Shown: one piece after another, positions 1 to 9,102 of the stretch
Numbering within the stretch: the stretch's first letter is position 1
Layout of the letters: the number at the start of each line of letters is the position of its first letter
Virus record (IMG/VR): IMGVR_UViG_3300028601_000031
Location: 8,228-72,227 of that record
Length of the DNA: 64,000 bases
Strand: one strand, 5' to 3'
Source: a virus
Taxonomy: Duplodnaviria; Caudoviricetes
Position numbers and translations under genes: made by a program
Notes under the pieces: model-generated
Databases searched by the model: none
Told to the model about the DNA's origin: nothing
The model's input: the letters and a program-made list of their open reading frames with translations, nothing else

Positions 1-1293
1 ACTAAACATACATTTATAGATATTAAAGATGGTACAGATGATTCAATATCATTTATATTGGCTAATAAAGCTGGTGATTTATTGGAAATTGATGATGAAG
101 AAGAACTTGATTCTAATATAGAATTTAAAAAGAAATTAAGAGATGAAATAAAAATAGATAATCCTTTATACAAAAGATATAGAGGTTCTATGAAAATAGG
201 AAGATTTATAAATACCTTATTTCCAGGTGAGTTTCAATCATCATCAAGATATAAACAATATAAAATTAATGATGTTGAGTCATTTGTTAATATGTATAAA
301 GTAATGTCTAATAAGGAAGAAAAATTTAAAATGTTTGATTTAGTAAGTGGAACAGATATTGCAAAATGGTATTATTGTGATAATTATTTAGACAGAAATA
401 ATGGATCATTAGGTGGTTCTTGTATGTCAAGACACGGTGAATCATATTTTACACTTTATACTAATAATGATGATAAAGTACAATTATTAATATACTACTC
501 AGATGAAACAAAAACAAAAATAAAAGGTAGAGCATTAGTATGGAAATTAGATGAACCTAATGATAGATTTTATATGGATAGAATATATACAAATGACTAT
601 TCAGATGAAAAAATATTTATAGAATACGCTAAATCAAAAGATTGGTTATTTAGATCAATACAAGGCTATCAACAAAGTGGAGAAATTGCTGATCCTAGAA
701 CTGAAATAAATTCAAATATTATACTAAAAGTATATTTAAAACCAGAACATCACAATAAATATCCATATTTAGATACATTGGTTTATCATAATCCTGATAC
801 TGGATTGTTAAGTAATAGAGAGACAGGATGTAAATATTTATTAACTAGTACAGGTGGTGATTATGATTATCTAGATGATGATTATGATACTGTTTATAGT
901 GATTATCATGGCGATGATATAATGAGAAGAGATGCAGTATATTGTGAATTAGGAGAAGATTGGGTATTAAGAGATGAAGCATTAAGAGTTTATAATACTG
1001 GTTTAGGTAGTGAAGTATATGCAATATCTGGTTATCAAGGTATTGTACATTCTGTAATAAGTAATAAGATAGATAAATATTTCCCAGAAGAAAAATGTAT
1101 ATGGTCAGATTATCATAATACTTGGATATTTAAAACAAGTGCAAGAAAAGTATATTTAGATAAAAATAAAACAAGTAGTATTTTAGATCATAAAGTAAAT
1201 GAAAATGAAACATTTGCTAAAGTGGGAGAAGAATACTATGATATAGGACTAGTGACAAAAGACAGTAATAATAATTGGAAATTAAAGGACTAA
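1..1293 (+). CDS. Conserved phage protein of the 'SCM...GRAL.W...MDRIY...YPYLDT' family, 5'-truncated (paralog 1 of 3)
   Basis: The frame is open from base 1. TFIDIKDGTDDSISFI aligns with SYLDIGESNDTITFI of 27917..29707, and motifs are shared with 27917..29707 and 62756..64000. Confidence 0.8.
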   Translation, partial: TKHTFIDIKDGTDDSISFILANKAGDLLEIDDEEELDSNIEFKKKLRDEIKIDNPLYKRYRGSMKIGRFINTLFPGEFQSSSRYKQYKINDVESFVNMYKVMSNKEEKFKMFDLVSGTDIAKWYYCDNYLDRNNGSLGGSCMSRHGESYFTLYTNNDDKVQLLIYYSDETKTKIKGRALVWKLDEPNDRFYMDRIYTNDYSDEKIFIEYAKSKDWLFRSIQGYQQSGEIADPRTEINSNIILKVYLKPEHHNKYPYLDTLVYHNPDTGLLSNRETGCKYLLTSTGGDYDYLDDDYDTVYSDYHGDDIMRRDAVYCELGEDWVLRDEALRVYNTGLGSEVYAISGYQGIVHSVISNKIDKYFPEEKCIWSDYHNTWIFKTSARKVYLDKNKTSSILDHKVNENETFAKVGEEYYDIGLVTKDSNNNWKLKD

Positions 1294-2573
1294 TATTTTA
1301 GTCCTTTTTTAATTTTATTTAATTGGAAATTAATATCATCCTTGTATGTTATTCTAATTAATTCAATATTGTTATTTGAGCAATATTCATTTTTTATTTT
1401 ATCTTTTGTTTTTTGTTCATTTAATCTTTTATCACCACCAAAAACTTTTAAAGATTTAAAATGTTGAATACCATCATATTCAATACAAATATTATAATCT
1501 GTTAAATAAAAATCGAAAGGTAATGGTAGTTTATATTTACAATCTTTGAATCTTTTTTGATTGATATATTTTATATTATTATCTTCTAAAAATATTCTTA
1601 TTTTTCTTTCTCCTATAGATTCTTTACATTTCGGACAACCACTTTTTTTGCTTATATGATTATTTGGTGTTACGTTAAAATCACCGTGTATTGGACAAGT
1701 TACTATCATTTTTGTTGAATTATTAATATAAATTGATTTATTATAAGAATAAAAATTATTATGAACATCATTTGATTTTTTTATAATATCATTTAAATTA
1801 TTTTTTAATTTACCACTACATTTAATGCAACCGTGCCCTTTTAAATGGTCATCTGGTCTTTGTTCAAAAACACCGTGTTTTGGACAAATTATTTTAACTT
1901 TAGTTTTATTATTAATGTAATTAACTAAAGAATAGTTATAATAATTATTATGTTTAATATTTGATAATCTTTTAAATTCTTTTTCAGATTTCTTTGTATC
2001 TTGACATTTTGGACATTTTTGACCATTTAAATGAGCATATGGTCTTTGTTCAAATAAACCATGTATAGGACAAATTATTTTAACCTTAGTTTTATTATTT
2101 ATATAATTAACCAAAGAATAATCATAATAATTATTATGAATAATTAATGATTTATTTATAAATTTATCATTATTATATCTTAATTTATCGATATGACATG
2201 ATGGACAACCATTACCTTTTAAATGAGCATATGGTCTTTGTTCAAACATACCATGTACAGGACAAATTATTTTTACTTTAATATGTGAATTTTTATAATT
2301 AACTAAAGAATAATCATAATAATTATTATGAATTAATATTGATTTTTTTATAAAATCTTCATTTGTAATAATTCTTTTTAAGATACTACATTTTGGGCAT
2401 TTTGATCCTCTAATATGATGTGATGGTAATTGTTCAAAAACGCCGTGAATTGGACATATAATTTTAATTTTTGTGTTATTATTAATATAATCAATTAAAG
2501 AGTAGTCATAATAATTATTATGAACTTTATTACAACATTTTTTTAATTGATCAATTGTTCTTTTTTTACTCAT
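1290..2573 (-). CDS. Free-standing homing-endonuclease-like protein: 5 zinc-binding repeats (DUF723/CapR-like) plus C-terminal PD-(D/E)XK (Vsr/DUF559-like) nuclease
   Basis: Five repeats of YDYSLVNY..KVKIICPxHGxFxQxPxxH..GCxxC, then GE..I...FDFYL..CIEYDGIQHF...D..KN.YC....L.RI. Confidence 0.8.
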   Translation of the reverse strand: MSKKRTIDQLKKCCNKVHNNYYDYSLIDYINNNTKIKIICPIHGVFEQLPSHHIRGSKCPKCSILKRIITNEDFIKKSILIHNNYYDYSLVNYKNSHIKVKIICPVHGMFEQRPYAHLKGNGCPSCHIDKLRYNNDKFINKSLIIHNNYYDYSLVNYINNKTKVKIICPIHGLFEQRPYAHLNGQKCPKCQDTKKSEKEFKRLSNIKHNNYYNYSLVNYINNKTKVKIICPKHGVFEQRPDDHLKGHGCIKCSGKLKNNLNDIIKKSNDVHNNFYSYNKSIYINNSTKMIVTCPIHGDFNVTPNNHISKKSGCPKCKESIGERKIRIFLEDNNIKYINQKRFKDCKYKLPLPFDFYLTDYNICIEYDGIQHFKSLKVFGGDKRLNEQKTKDKIKNEYCSNNNIELIRITYKDDINFQLNKIKKGLKY

Positions 2574-2588
2574 ATTTATATATATAAA

Positions 2589-2618
2589 AAAAACCGAAGT
2601 TTTAAAACTTCGGTTTTT
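2589..2618 (-). terminator. Intrinsic terminator after the MoxR gene
   Basis: Perfect inverted repeat aaaaaccgaagtttt/aaaacttcggttttt with T-tracts. Confidence 0.8.
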
Positions 2619-2621
2619 CCT

Positions 2622-3806
2622 TTATTCGTCAATTTTAGGTACGTGTTCTAAAATTGCATTATAGAATTTTTCAAATCTTTCGTCTGATAAGAATTCTTCT
2701 ACAGCATCATTATCATCATCATTCACTTTCATATATTTGTAGTCATCATCTAATATTTTTAGAATAAAAGATACTGCCTCGTCATCTGAAATAGAAAGAA
2801 TGAATTTTTTAACATTTTCTCTTTGATAATCTTTTAATCCCATTATATTCATTTGTTTTAATGAATTTAATAGTTCAGATTTTTTATCTCTGTTTAGAGA
2901 TTCGATTTGTTCTTTTAGTTCATCATACCTTTCTAGTAAGTCTTTTATACCAAATTTCAAGCTCTCATCTAAGTATCTAATGAATCTAGAATTTGCACCA
3001 GTTCCAACATAACCTGCTCCCAATTCTCTAACATCATCGATAAAATCTCTGATACTAGATTCCATTCCGTAATTTCTAACGATATAATCGCTTAAAAATG
3101 TCCAAGAACGTGGTGTAGCGTAAGCATTTTGAGTTTTTGATCTTTTATCATCGAAACTATGTAGGAAATGTTCTTCATTACTCTTTAAGAAGTTAATAAT
3201 AACTGGATGGACATTTTCGTTAGCGAAATCATCTATCCATTCTGGTAATGTTAATGTGTGTTGCATATGGATAAGTCGGTTATTAAGAGCTCTGTCGAAT
3301 TCTTCAACATCTGTACCATCCATTTCACCTAAGTTACCAGATGACACCATGTACACATTATCATTAAATTTGAAATCTACGCCAATTGATCTTTCTAAAA
3401 GAATTTGAAGAGCAGCGTTTCTAACAGCAAGGGGTGCTCTGTTTAATTCTTCGAAGTGAATAATTGTTGGTGATTGATTTGCCATATATGCCCATTTAGG
3501 GATAGCGTATGACATAACGCTAATAATTTTTCTAACACTCTCGCCAGTATGATCATTTAAATCAATTTCCATTTCTTCTCTATATGGGAAAAGACCAACA
3601 TCAATTTCATCTACCATTGAAAGACGAACATCAAAGTATTGAAAACCTAATTTTTTAGCAATGGTTCTCATAATTGCTGATTTTGCTACACCTGGTTCTG
3701 CTGTAATGAATAATACTCCAGATTGACCATACATTATTCTGAAATACTTTTTCTGTTTAGCAGTTAAGGTATTAAATTTTTCTTCGTCTACTTTTAAAAA
3801 CATCAT
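2622..3806 (-). CDS. MoxR-like AAA+ ATPase
   Basis: Walker A AEPGVAKS, Walker B IHFEELNR, ALNNRL arginine finger, ATPRSW; near a vWA gene. Confidence 0.85.
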   Translation of the reverse strand: MMFLKVDEEKFNTLTAKQKKYFRIMYGQSGVLFITAEPGVAKSAIMRTIAKKLGFQYFDVRLSMVDEIDVGLFPYREEMEIDLNDHTGESVRKIISVMSYAIPKWAYMANQSPTIIHFEELNRAPLAVRNAALQILLERSIGVDFKFNDNVYMVSSGNLGEMDGTDVEEFDRALNNRLIHMQHTLTLPEWIDDFANENVHPVIINFLKSNEEHFLHSFDDKRSKTQNAYATPRSWTFLSDYIVRNYGMESSIRDFIDDVRELGAGYVGTGANSRFIRYLDESLKFGIKDLLERYDELKEQIESLNRDKKSELLNSLKQMNIMGLKDYQRENVKKFILSISDDEAVSFILKILDDDYKYMKVNDDDNDAVEEFLSDERFEKFYNAILEHVPKIDE

Positions 3807-3831
3807 AATATTTAAATTTTAAATTTGATTA

Positions 3832-3839
3832 CAAATATA
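3832..3839 (-). promoter_or_regulatory. Bacteroidota primary-sigma -7 element (TATATTTG)
   Basis: TAnnTTTG consensus just upstream of the MoxR start. Confidence 0.6.
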
Positions 3840-3854
3840 TAAATAATTTTTTAA

Positions 3855-4115
3855 TTAATCAACAGTTTGTTCATAATCTTTTAATAATTCTTCAAGAATA
3901 TCTTTAATAATAGGATTATTAAAAATAACTTCATATGAATTTGGTAATTTTTCTTCTGTATCATCTGAAGTAAATTTATAATCAATAGTATCTACTATGT
4001 TATTAACAACTTCTTTTAGTTCGTCTTTTGGTAATTCTACCATTTCATTTAATAGTTCTTCGACTTGTGCATCTGATGCATTCAAATAGTCAAAATTTTT
4101 AACTTTTTCAATCAT
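3855..4115 (-). CDS. Hypothetical acidic protein
   Basis: ORF between the vWA and MoxR genes, same strand. Confidence 0.65.
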   Translation of the reverse strand: MIEKVKNFDYLNASDAQVEELLNEMVELPKDELKEVVNNIVDTIDYKFTSDDTEEKLPNSYEVIFNNPIIKDILEELLKDYEQTVD

Positions 4116-4138
4116 AATTTTTCAATTTTATTTTTATT

Positions 4139-5761
4139 TTAATTACTATGTAATGAGTTTTCAACATCAATTTCAATTATTTTAACAATTCCCTTAGGAT
4201 CATTTATTCTAGGTGCTGTTCTAGTAGTCAATATAAGAGTTTTACCTTTTATCATTGAAAAATCTAAATGATCACATTCACCGTCAGTTAACATAACAGT
4301 ATTATACGAAAATAGTTTGTTTTTAGGTTCACTAATATAATCCAAAGCAGGTTGCAATGTAGTTCCACCTAATCCCTTTATTACTAATTTTTCCAAATCT
4401 TTTTTTGTTTTAATGCCCTCTACTGCTTTAACTTGTGTATCAATTTGAATAAGATTTATATGAATATCGTTTTGGAATACGTATGATAAAACTGATTCAA
4501 AATCACCACTCATTGATCCTGATGTATCTAAAATACAATTTATTACATTTTTAAATTTTTTCTTACCCTTTATACCCTCAATGCCTCTTCTATTTGGTTT
4601 AGTAATAGATTTTCTTTTAGTTGTACCAAACACATGATGAGATATAGTTCTTTTAATTTCTTTAAGGTAATCATGTTTTGATTTTCTTAATTTATTAAGA
4701 ATTTTCTCAACATCTGATGTAACAAGACCTCTGTTTTTAAGTCTTTGCATGAAATCATTAACCATAGATTTTCTAGCATCCTCTGGTACATCATCATCTA
4801 TATGACTATCCAATGTAGTTTTTTCTCCTCTTTCCATAGAATCAAATATTGAATCTAAAGATTGACATTCTATATTATTTTGTCCATAGTTACCTATTCT
4901 ATCTTTACCAAAACTATCTTTTGTGTGATCTATATCACTATTATCACCATTTTGGTCAGATTCTTGGTCACCTGGTTGTTGTCCACCTTGACCAATATCA
5001 TCGTTTTCCCCTTTGCCTTTTCCTCCTTTTTGTTTACTGTTACCACTTTGTCCACCTTTTTGTTCTTGACTTTTATCTTGACTTTGTTCTTGATTTTGAT
5101 CTTGACTTTGTGATTTATTATTATAATTTTGTAATTTTTCTTTTCTATTTTTATATTCTGCATATTTATCTTTTAACCATTCGTAAAGGTTTTCGAATAT
5201 ATGTTCTCCTTTGTATTCAACAGGAATAAACAATCCCATATTTTTATTATAGAAAGGATTTTTAATAGGATTTCCATTTTTATCTAAAACAGGTGTTCCA
5301 TCTTTTTTAGTTAAAAATTCTTCTCTGCTTTTTGGAATTGTTACTTTACCTTTATTCTTATCATTAGACATGATTTCATCATGAATGATTTGATTAATAA
5401 TCATATCTTGTGCAATATTAGAGAATTCCTTATTATACATAATTGATCTTTTTGTGTGATCAAATAATAGGTGAAAATCTTCATGTAATAATAAGAATAA
5501 TGCTTCAGTATCTAATAAACTATCTACGAATTCTCTATTCCAGTAAAAATTACATCCTTCCTTTGAAACATTTACTCCACAAGTAGGAATACTATTTGTT
5601 TCATAATAGTTAAGGAAAGTTTGAAATTCGGCATAATATGGTAAAATGTTAGCAGATAACATCATCACAGTACAATCAATAAATTTAGGATGTTCTCCTT
5701 TTCTCATTATTAATTGTGATGTATTTTTTACGATTTCATTATTTTTAATTTCTTGATTCAT
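4139..5761 (-). CDS. DUF2201-type metallopeptidase-like plus vWA domain protein (MoxR partner)
   Basis: LLHEDFHLLFDH (HExxH), Q/G-rich linker, MIDAS DTSGS..GGTT..TDG. Confidence 0.85.
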   Translation of the reverse strand: MNQEIKNNEIVKNTSQLIMRKGEHPKFIDCTVMMLSANILPYYAEFQTFLNYYETNSIPTCGVNVSKEGCNFYWNREFVDSLLDTEALFLLLHEDFHLLFDHTKRSIMYNKEFSNIAQDMIINQIIHDEIMSNDKNKGKVTIPKSREEFLTKKDGTPVLDKNGNPIKNPFYNKNMGLFIPVEYKGEHIFENLYEWLKDKYAEYKNRKEKLQNYNNKSQSQDQNQEQSQDKSQEQKGGQSGNSKQKGGKGKGENDDIGQGGQQPGDQESDQNGDNSDIDHTKDSFGKDRIGNYGQNNIECQSLDSIFDSMERGEKTTLDSHIDDDVPEDARKSMVNDFMQRLKNRGLVTSDVEKILNKLRKSKHDYLKEIKRTISHHVFGTTKRKSITKPNRRGIEGIKGKKKFKNVINCILDTSGSMSGDFESVLSYVFQNDIHINLIQIDTQVKAVEGIKTKKDLEKLVIKGLGGTTLQPALDYISEPKNKLFSYNTVMLTDGECDHLDFSMIKGKTLILTTRTAPRINDPKGIVKIIEIDVENSLHSN

Positions 5762-5786
5762 TCTGGTTATTTTATAAATTATGGTA

Positions 5787-5794
5787 CAAAAATA
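5787..5794 (-). promoter_or_regulatory. Bacteroidota -7 promoter element (TATTTTTG) with upstream TTTG
   Basis: TAnnTTTG plus TTTG about 20 nt upstream, located in the 3' end of the endonuclease gene. Confidence 0.65.
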
Positions 5795-5804
5795 ATAAAA
5801 AGTT

Positions 5805-6719
5805 TTAAATATTCAAAAAGTTTTTTAACTTTTCTTCTATATTATCATTATATTTTATTCTTAGTAGATTTATATTATTATTTTTACAATATTCGTTCTT
5901 TATTTGATCTCGTTTTTTTAATTTTTCTAATTTTTCAATACCTCCAAAAAATTTTAAAGGTTCGAAATGTTGAATTCCATCATGTTCTATACATGAATTA
6001 TATTCAGGTAAATAAAAATCAAATTTTAACAATTTTTTGTATTTACAATCATTAAATATTTTTTGTGTTTCAAAATTTATATTATTATTTTTTAATAGAC
6101 TTTCTATATATTTTTCACCTTTTGGTATATTACACTTTGGACATCCTGATTTTTTATTTATGTGATTATTTGGTGTTACTTGAAAAATACCGTGTTTTTT
6201 ACATATTATTTTTACTTTAGTTTTTGCATCAATATAATTACATAAACTATAATTCCATTCATTATTATGAATTATATTTGATTCTTTTATAAAATTTTCA
6301 TTTGTTTTTTGAATATTATTTGCGCAATATTTACAACCTTTTCCGTTTAAATGATTATTAATTTGTTGTTTAAATATACCATGAATAGGACATATTATTT
6401 TTATTATCGTTTTTTGTGTTTTATAATTATTATCATTATCATTTAAAAACAAAGAATATTCATATTTATTATTATGTATTTTATTAGATTTATTAATTAT
6501 TTCTTCTTTTGTTAATTTTATATTTCTACCATTACATTTTGGACATTTTTGACCTTGTGAATGATCATTTGGTCGTTGTTCAAATATACCATGTTTTTTA
6601 CATATTATTTTTACTTTAGTTTTTGTATTTATAAAATTAACTAATGAATAATCATATTCATCTTTATGAACTTTAATAAAATTTTTAATTATATCATATT
6701 TTGTTAATTTTATTCCCAA
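5805..6719 (-). CDS. Zinc-repeat (3x) PD-(D/E)XK homing-endonuclease-like protein
   Basis: Three CxxHG repeats plus FDFYLPEYNSCIEHDGIQHF nuclease domain; paralog of 1290..2573. Confidence 0.8.
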   Translation of the reverse strand: MGIKLTKYDIIKNFIKVHKDEYDYSLVNFINTKTKVKIICKKHGIFEQRPNDHSQGQKCPKCNGRNIKLTKEEIINKSNKIHNNKYEYSLFLNDNDNNYKTQKTIIKIICPIHGIFKQQINNHLNGKGCKYCANNIQKTNENFIKESNIIHNNEWNYSLCNYIDAKTKVKIICKKHGIFQVTPNNHINKKSGCPKCNIPKGEKYIESLLKNNNINFETQKIFNDCKYKKLLKFDFYLPEYNSCIEHDGIQHFEPLKFFGGIEKLEKLKKRDQIKNEYCKNNNINLLRIKYNDNIEEKLKNFLNI

Positions 6720-6746
6720 TTTATAAATTATTTTTATATTATATAT

Positions 6747-6778
6747 AAAAAAGACAGTTTTGTTAAACTGTCTTTTTT
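6747..6778 (-). terminator. Intrinsic terminator after pncB
   Basis: aaaaaagacagttt-tgtt-aaactgtctttttt inverted repeat. Confidence 0.8.
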
Positions 6779-6784
6779 AATGGT

Positions 6785-7951
6785 TTAATTAATTCTTAAT
6801 ATTTTCTTACATAATTCAACTTCATCTTTATCACCTGTATTTTTACCTTTATTATCTGAAAGTTTAACTGCAGGAATCCAATCATCATTGAATAAAACTT
6901 CTGAAATTTTAATAACCATATTTAATGGTTTAACACCCAGATCATTAGTTAAATATGTTCCAATTCCAAAGGCACTTTTAATTTTACCAACACAATATTC
7001 TTTTATTTGTGTTGCTAAATCAGTATTTAACCCGTCACTAAAAATAATAGTTTTTGACATAGGATCAATTCCCATTGATTTGTAATGATTTATTACCTTA
7101 TCAGTAAATTCAAATGGATCACCACTATCATGTCTAACTCCATCAAATAATTTAGATTGTTTCATATCAAATGATTTGAAGAAAACATCAGATGTATAAG
7201 TATCTGATAAAGCTATACCAAGCGATCCTTCATAGGTATTAACCCAGTTATCCAATGATAATTTATTTGACATTTTATAACCAAATAATGCAGCATGTAC
7301 CATAAACCATTCGTGTGCCATAGTACCTGTACATCTGATATTATATTTATATGCTAAAAAAATATTTGATGTACCTGTAAAAATAGGACAATCCTTATAA
7401 AGTGCTACAATTTTTTCTTGATTAAGGAATGAATATCTCCTTCTTGTTCCAAAGTCAGCAAAAAATGCATTATGATCAATCATTTTTTGTAGTTTATTTT
7501 TATCCTTTATTATGATTTTTTCATCATAAATATCAACGATTTGACCAGTTTTTTGAAAGTAAAGTTCTGATATGATTGCCATTAAAGGTACTTCCCATAG
7601 AATTGTACGAAACCAGAATCCTTCAATATCAATGTGTAATTTATTATTGTCATCTAAATAGACATCAACTTCTGATGAATCAAAACGATATCCACTTAGA
7701 AAATCAATATATGTAGGTGGTAGGAATTTTCCTAAATTTTTATTTACCCATGTTTTTTCGGATTGTGTTAAAAACAAAGATTCCATATTTTTAACTTCAT
7801 CCATAACATCTTTATCAAAATTATCAGGGAAAGAAATATTATTTCTATCTGTGAATTTATATCTAACCTTTTGATAAGGAAAATTTTTAACAACGGCGAA
7901 TCCCATTGTTAGTTTATAAAGATCGGTGTCTAAAATACTTTTGATTATCAT
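6785..7951 (-). CDS. pncB: Nicotinate phosphoribosyltransferase (probable ATG start at 7951)
   Basis: SILDTDLYKLTM, ADFGTRRR, GTSN, GTMAHEW, ALSDTY, GVRHDSGDP, IIFSDGL, FGIGT, KLSD motifs. Confidence 0.93.
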   Translation of the reverse strand: MIIKSILDTDLYKLTMGFAVVKNFPYQKVRYKFTDRNNISFPDNFDKDVMDEVKNMESLFLTQSEKTWVNKNLGKFLPPTYIDFLSGYRFDSSEVDVYLDDNNKLHIDIEGFWFRTILWEVPLMAIISELYFQKTGQIVDIYDEKIIIKDKNKLQKMIDHNAFFADFGTRRRYSFLNQEKIVALYKDCPIFTGTSNIFLAYKYNIRCTGTMAHEWFMVHAALFGYKMSNKLSLDNWVNTYEGSLGIALSDTYTSDVFFKSFDMKQSKLFDGVRHDSGDPFEFTDKVINHYKSMGIDPMSKTIIFSDGLNTDLATQIKEYCVGKIKSAFGIGTYLTNDLGVKPLNMVIKISEVLFNDDWIPAVKLSDNKGKNTGDKDEVELCKKILRIN

Positions 7952-7968
7952 ATAATTATATTTTAAGT

Positions 7969-8130
7969 TTATTTTTGTGATTCCCAAATTATTTGAATTT
8001 CTCTACCTGTTAGAGAATATAATACCCTATCATCGAAATATTGTTTACATAATTCAATTTTTACATCAGTGTCTAATTTATTCCACCATGCTAATGCAGA
8101 TATTCTTTTGTTTTGAAATTTAGTTAACAT
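7969..8130 (-). CDS. Small hypothetical protein (53 aa, not in the ORF track); paralog of 50632..50838
   Basis: MLTKFQNKRISALAWWNKL...YYSLTGREIQIIW; follows a TAnnTTTG promoter. Confidence 0.7.
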   Translation of the reverse strand: MLTKFQNKRISALAWWNKLDTDVKIELCKQYFDDRVLYSLTGREIQIIWESQK

Positions 8131-8146
8131 ATTATTTTATTTTTTA

Positions 8147-8178
8147 CAAAAATACACATATTTTAATAACTAAACAAA
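8147..8178 (-). promoter_or_regulatory. Bacteroidota promoter (TTTG-N20-TATTTTTG)
   Basis: Both -33 and -7 elements with canonical spacing. Confidence 0.7.
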
Positions 8179-8181
8179 TAA

Positions 8182-8712
8182 TTACGCTAATTTTTTACCT
8201 TTTAATAATTCACGTAAAAATAAATTTTTTTCACCGTTCATTATTTCTTCAGTCCATTTATAGAACAGGGTTGGGTATTTTCGTTTTAATTCATCATATG
8301 ATTTTTTTCTATCATCTAATGGATGATAAGAATGTTCCAATAAATATTCTTTCCAATCTGGATATTTTTCATAATCCCATACATGTTCATCACAAATAAA
8401 ACAAACAGCGGTAAGTGCATCATTTAAATCAGGTTCTTTAAATGATGCAATTTTAATCTGTTCGTTTTTAATATTTGCATCATAATTTAATAAATCAATA
8501 TAGATTTTATTTAATGTTCCTAATCTATCCGGATGTTCATTTGTTGTACCACCATTTAATATAATCCAAGTTTTATGATTATCGACAAAATCTTTAAATA
8601 GTTCAGTATCACCATATCTTCTTGCATATTCTAAAGCAGCATGTCCTGCTTGAATAGATTGTTGAATTGGTGAAATATTATAAGGTACAAAAAAATACAT
8701 TCTTTTTTCCAT
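8182..8712 (-). CDS. Phage peptidyl-tRNA hydrolase 2 (Pth2)-like protein
   Basis: ISPIQQSIQAGHAALE...KTWIILNGG...FKEPDLNDALTAV pattern. Confidence 0.65.
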   Translation of the reverse strand: MEKRMYFFVPYNISPIQQSIQAGHAALEYARRYGDTELFKDFVDNHKTWIILNGGTTNEHPDRLGTLNKIYIDLLNYDANIKNEQIKIASFKEPDLNDALTAVCFICDEHVWDYEKYPDWKEYLLEHSYHPLDDRKKSYDELKRKYPTLFYKWTEEIMNGEKNLFLRELLKGKKLA

Positions 8713-8717
8713 AAATT

Positions 8718-9098
8718 CTATTTATTAAAGTATGAATATAAATTTTTATAATATGTTAATAATTTTTTAACTTTTTTCATTTCTGAATCAGGTATACAAT
8801 CTCTATAATATTGTATATAATATACACATAAACTATTTGTAATCATACCATTTTCTAATAGATAATCATTATTAGTTGAAATCATTCCACAGTCAGTTCG
8901 ATGGAACCCTTTAAAACCTGATCCTTTGCGAAAATTTGGTTCTAATTTTATATCACTATAATTTGATGTTCCTTTAATTGATTTTGATAATGCAAATTCC
9001 ATTATTTTTGTTAATTCATCATTAACAGGCACATCACTTTTTTCGTTTTTATCAGGTTCTATGTATAATAAGAATACACTATCATCTATTCTATGCAT
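8718..9098 (-). CDS. Hypothetical protein
   Basis: Tightly packed operon ORF. Confidence 0.7.
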   Translation of the reverse strand: MHRIDDSVFLLYIEPDKNEKSDVPVNDELTKIMEFALSKSIKGTSNYSDIKLEPNFRKGSGFKGFHRTDCGMISTNNDYLLENGMITNSLCVYYIQYYRDCIPDSEMKKVKKLLTYYKNLYSYFNK

Positions 9099-9102
9099 AT
9101 TA

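Noticed and set aside
4849-5229. Short ORFs overlapping long genes (e.g. 4849, 4862, 4930, 5753, 6888, 11944, 17836-18134, 19551, 20448, 28138, 40097, 52757, 54269, 62525)
   Set aside because: They are antisense or alternate-frame shadows of well-supported genes, with biased composition and no motifs.
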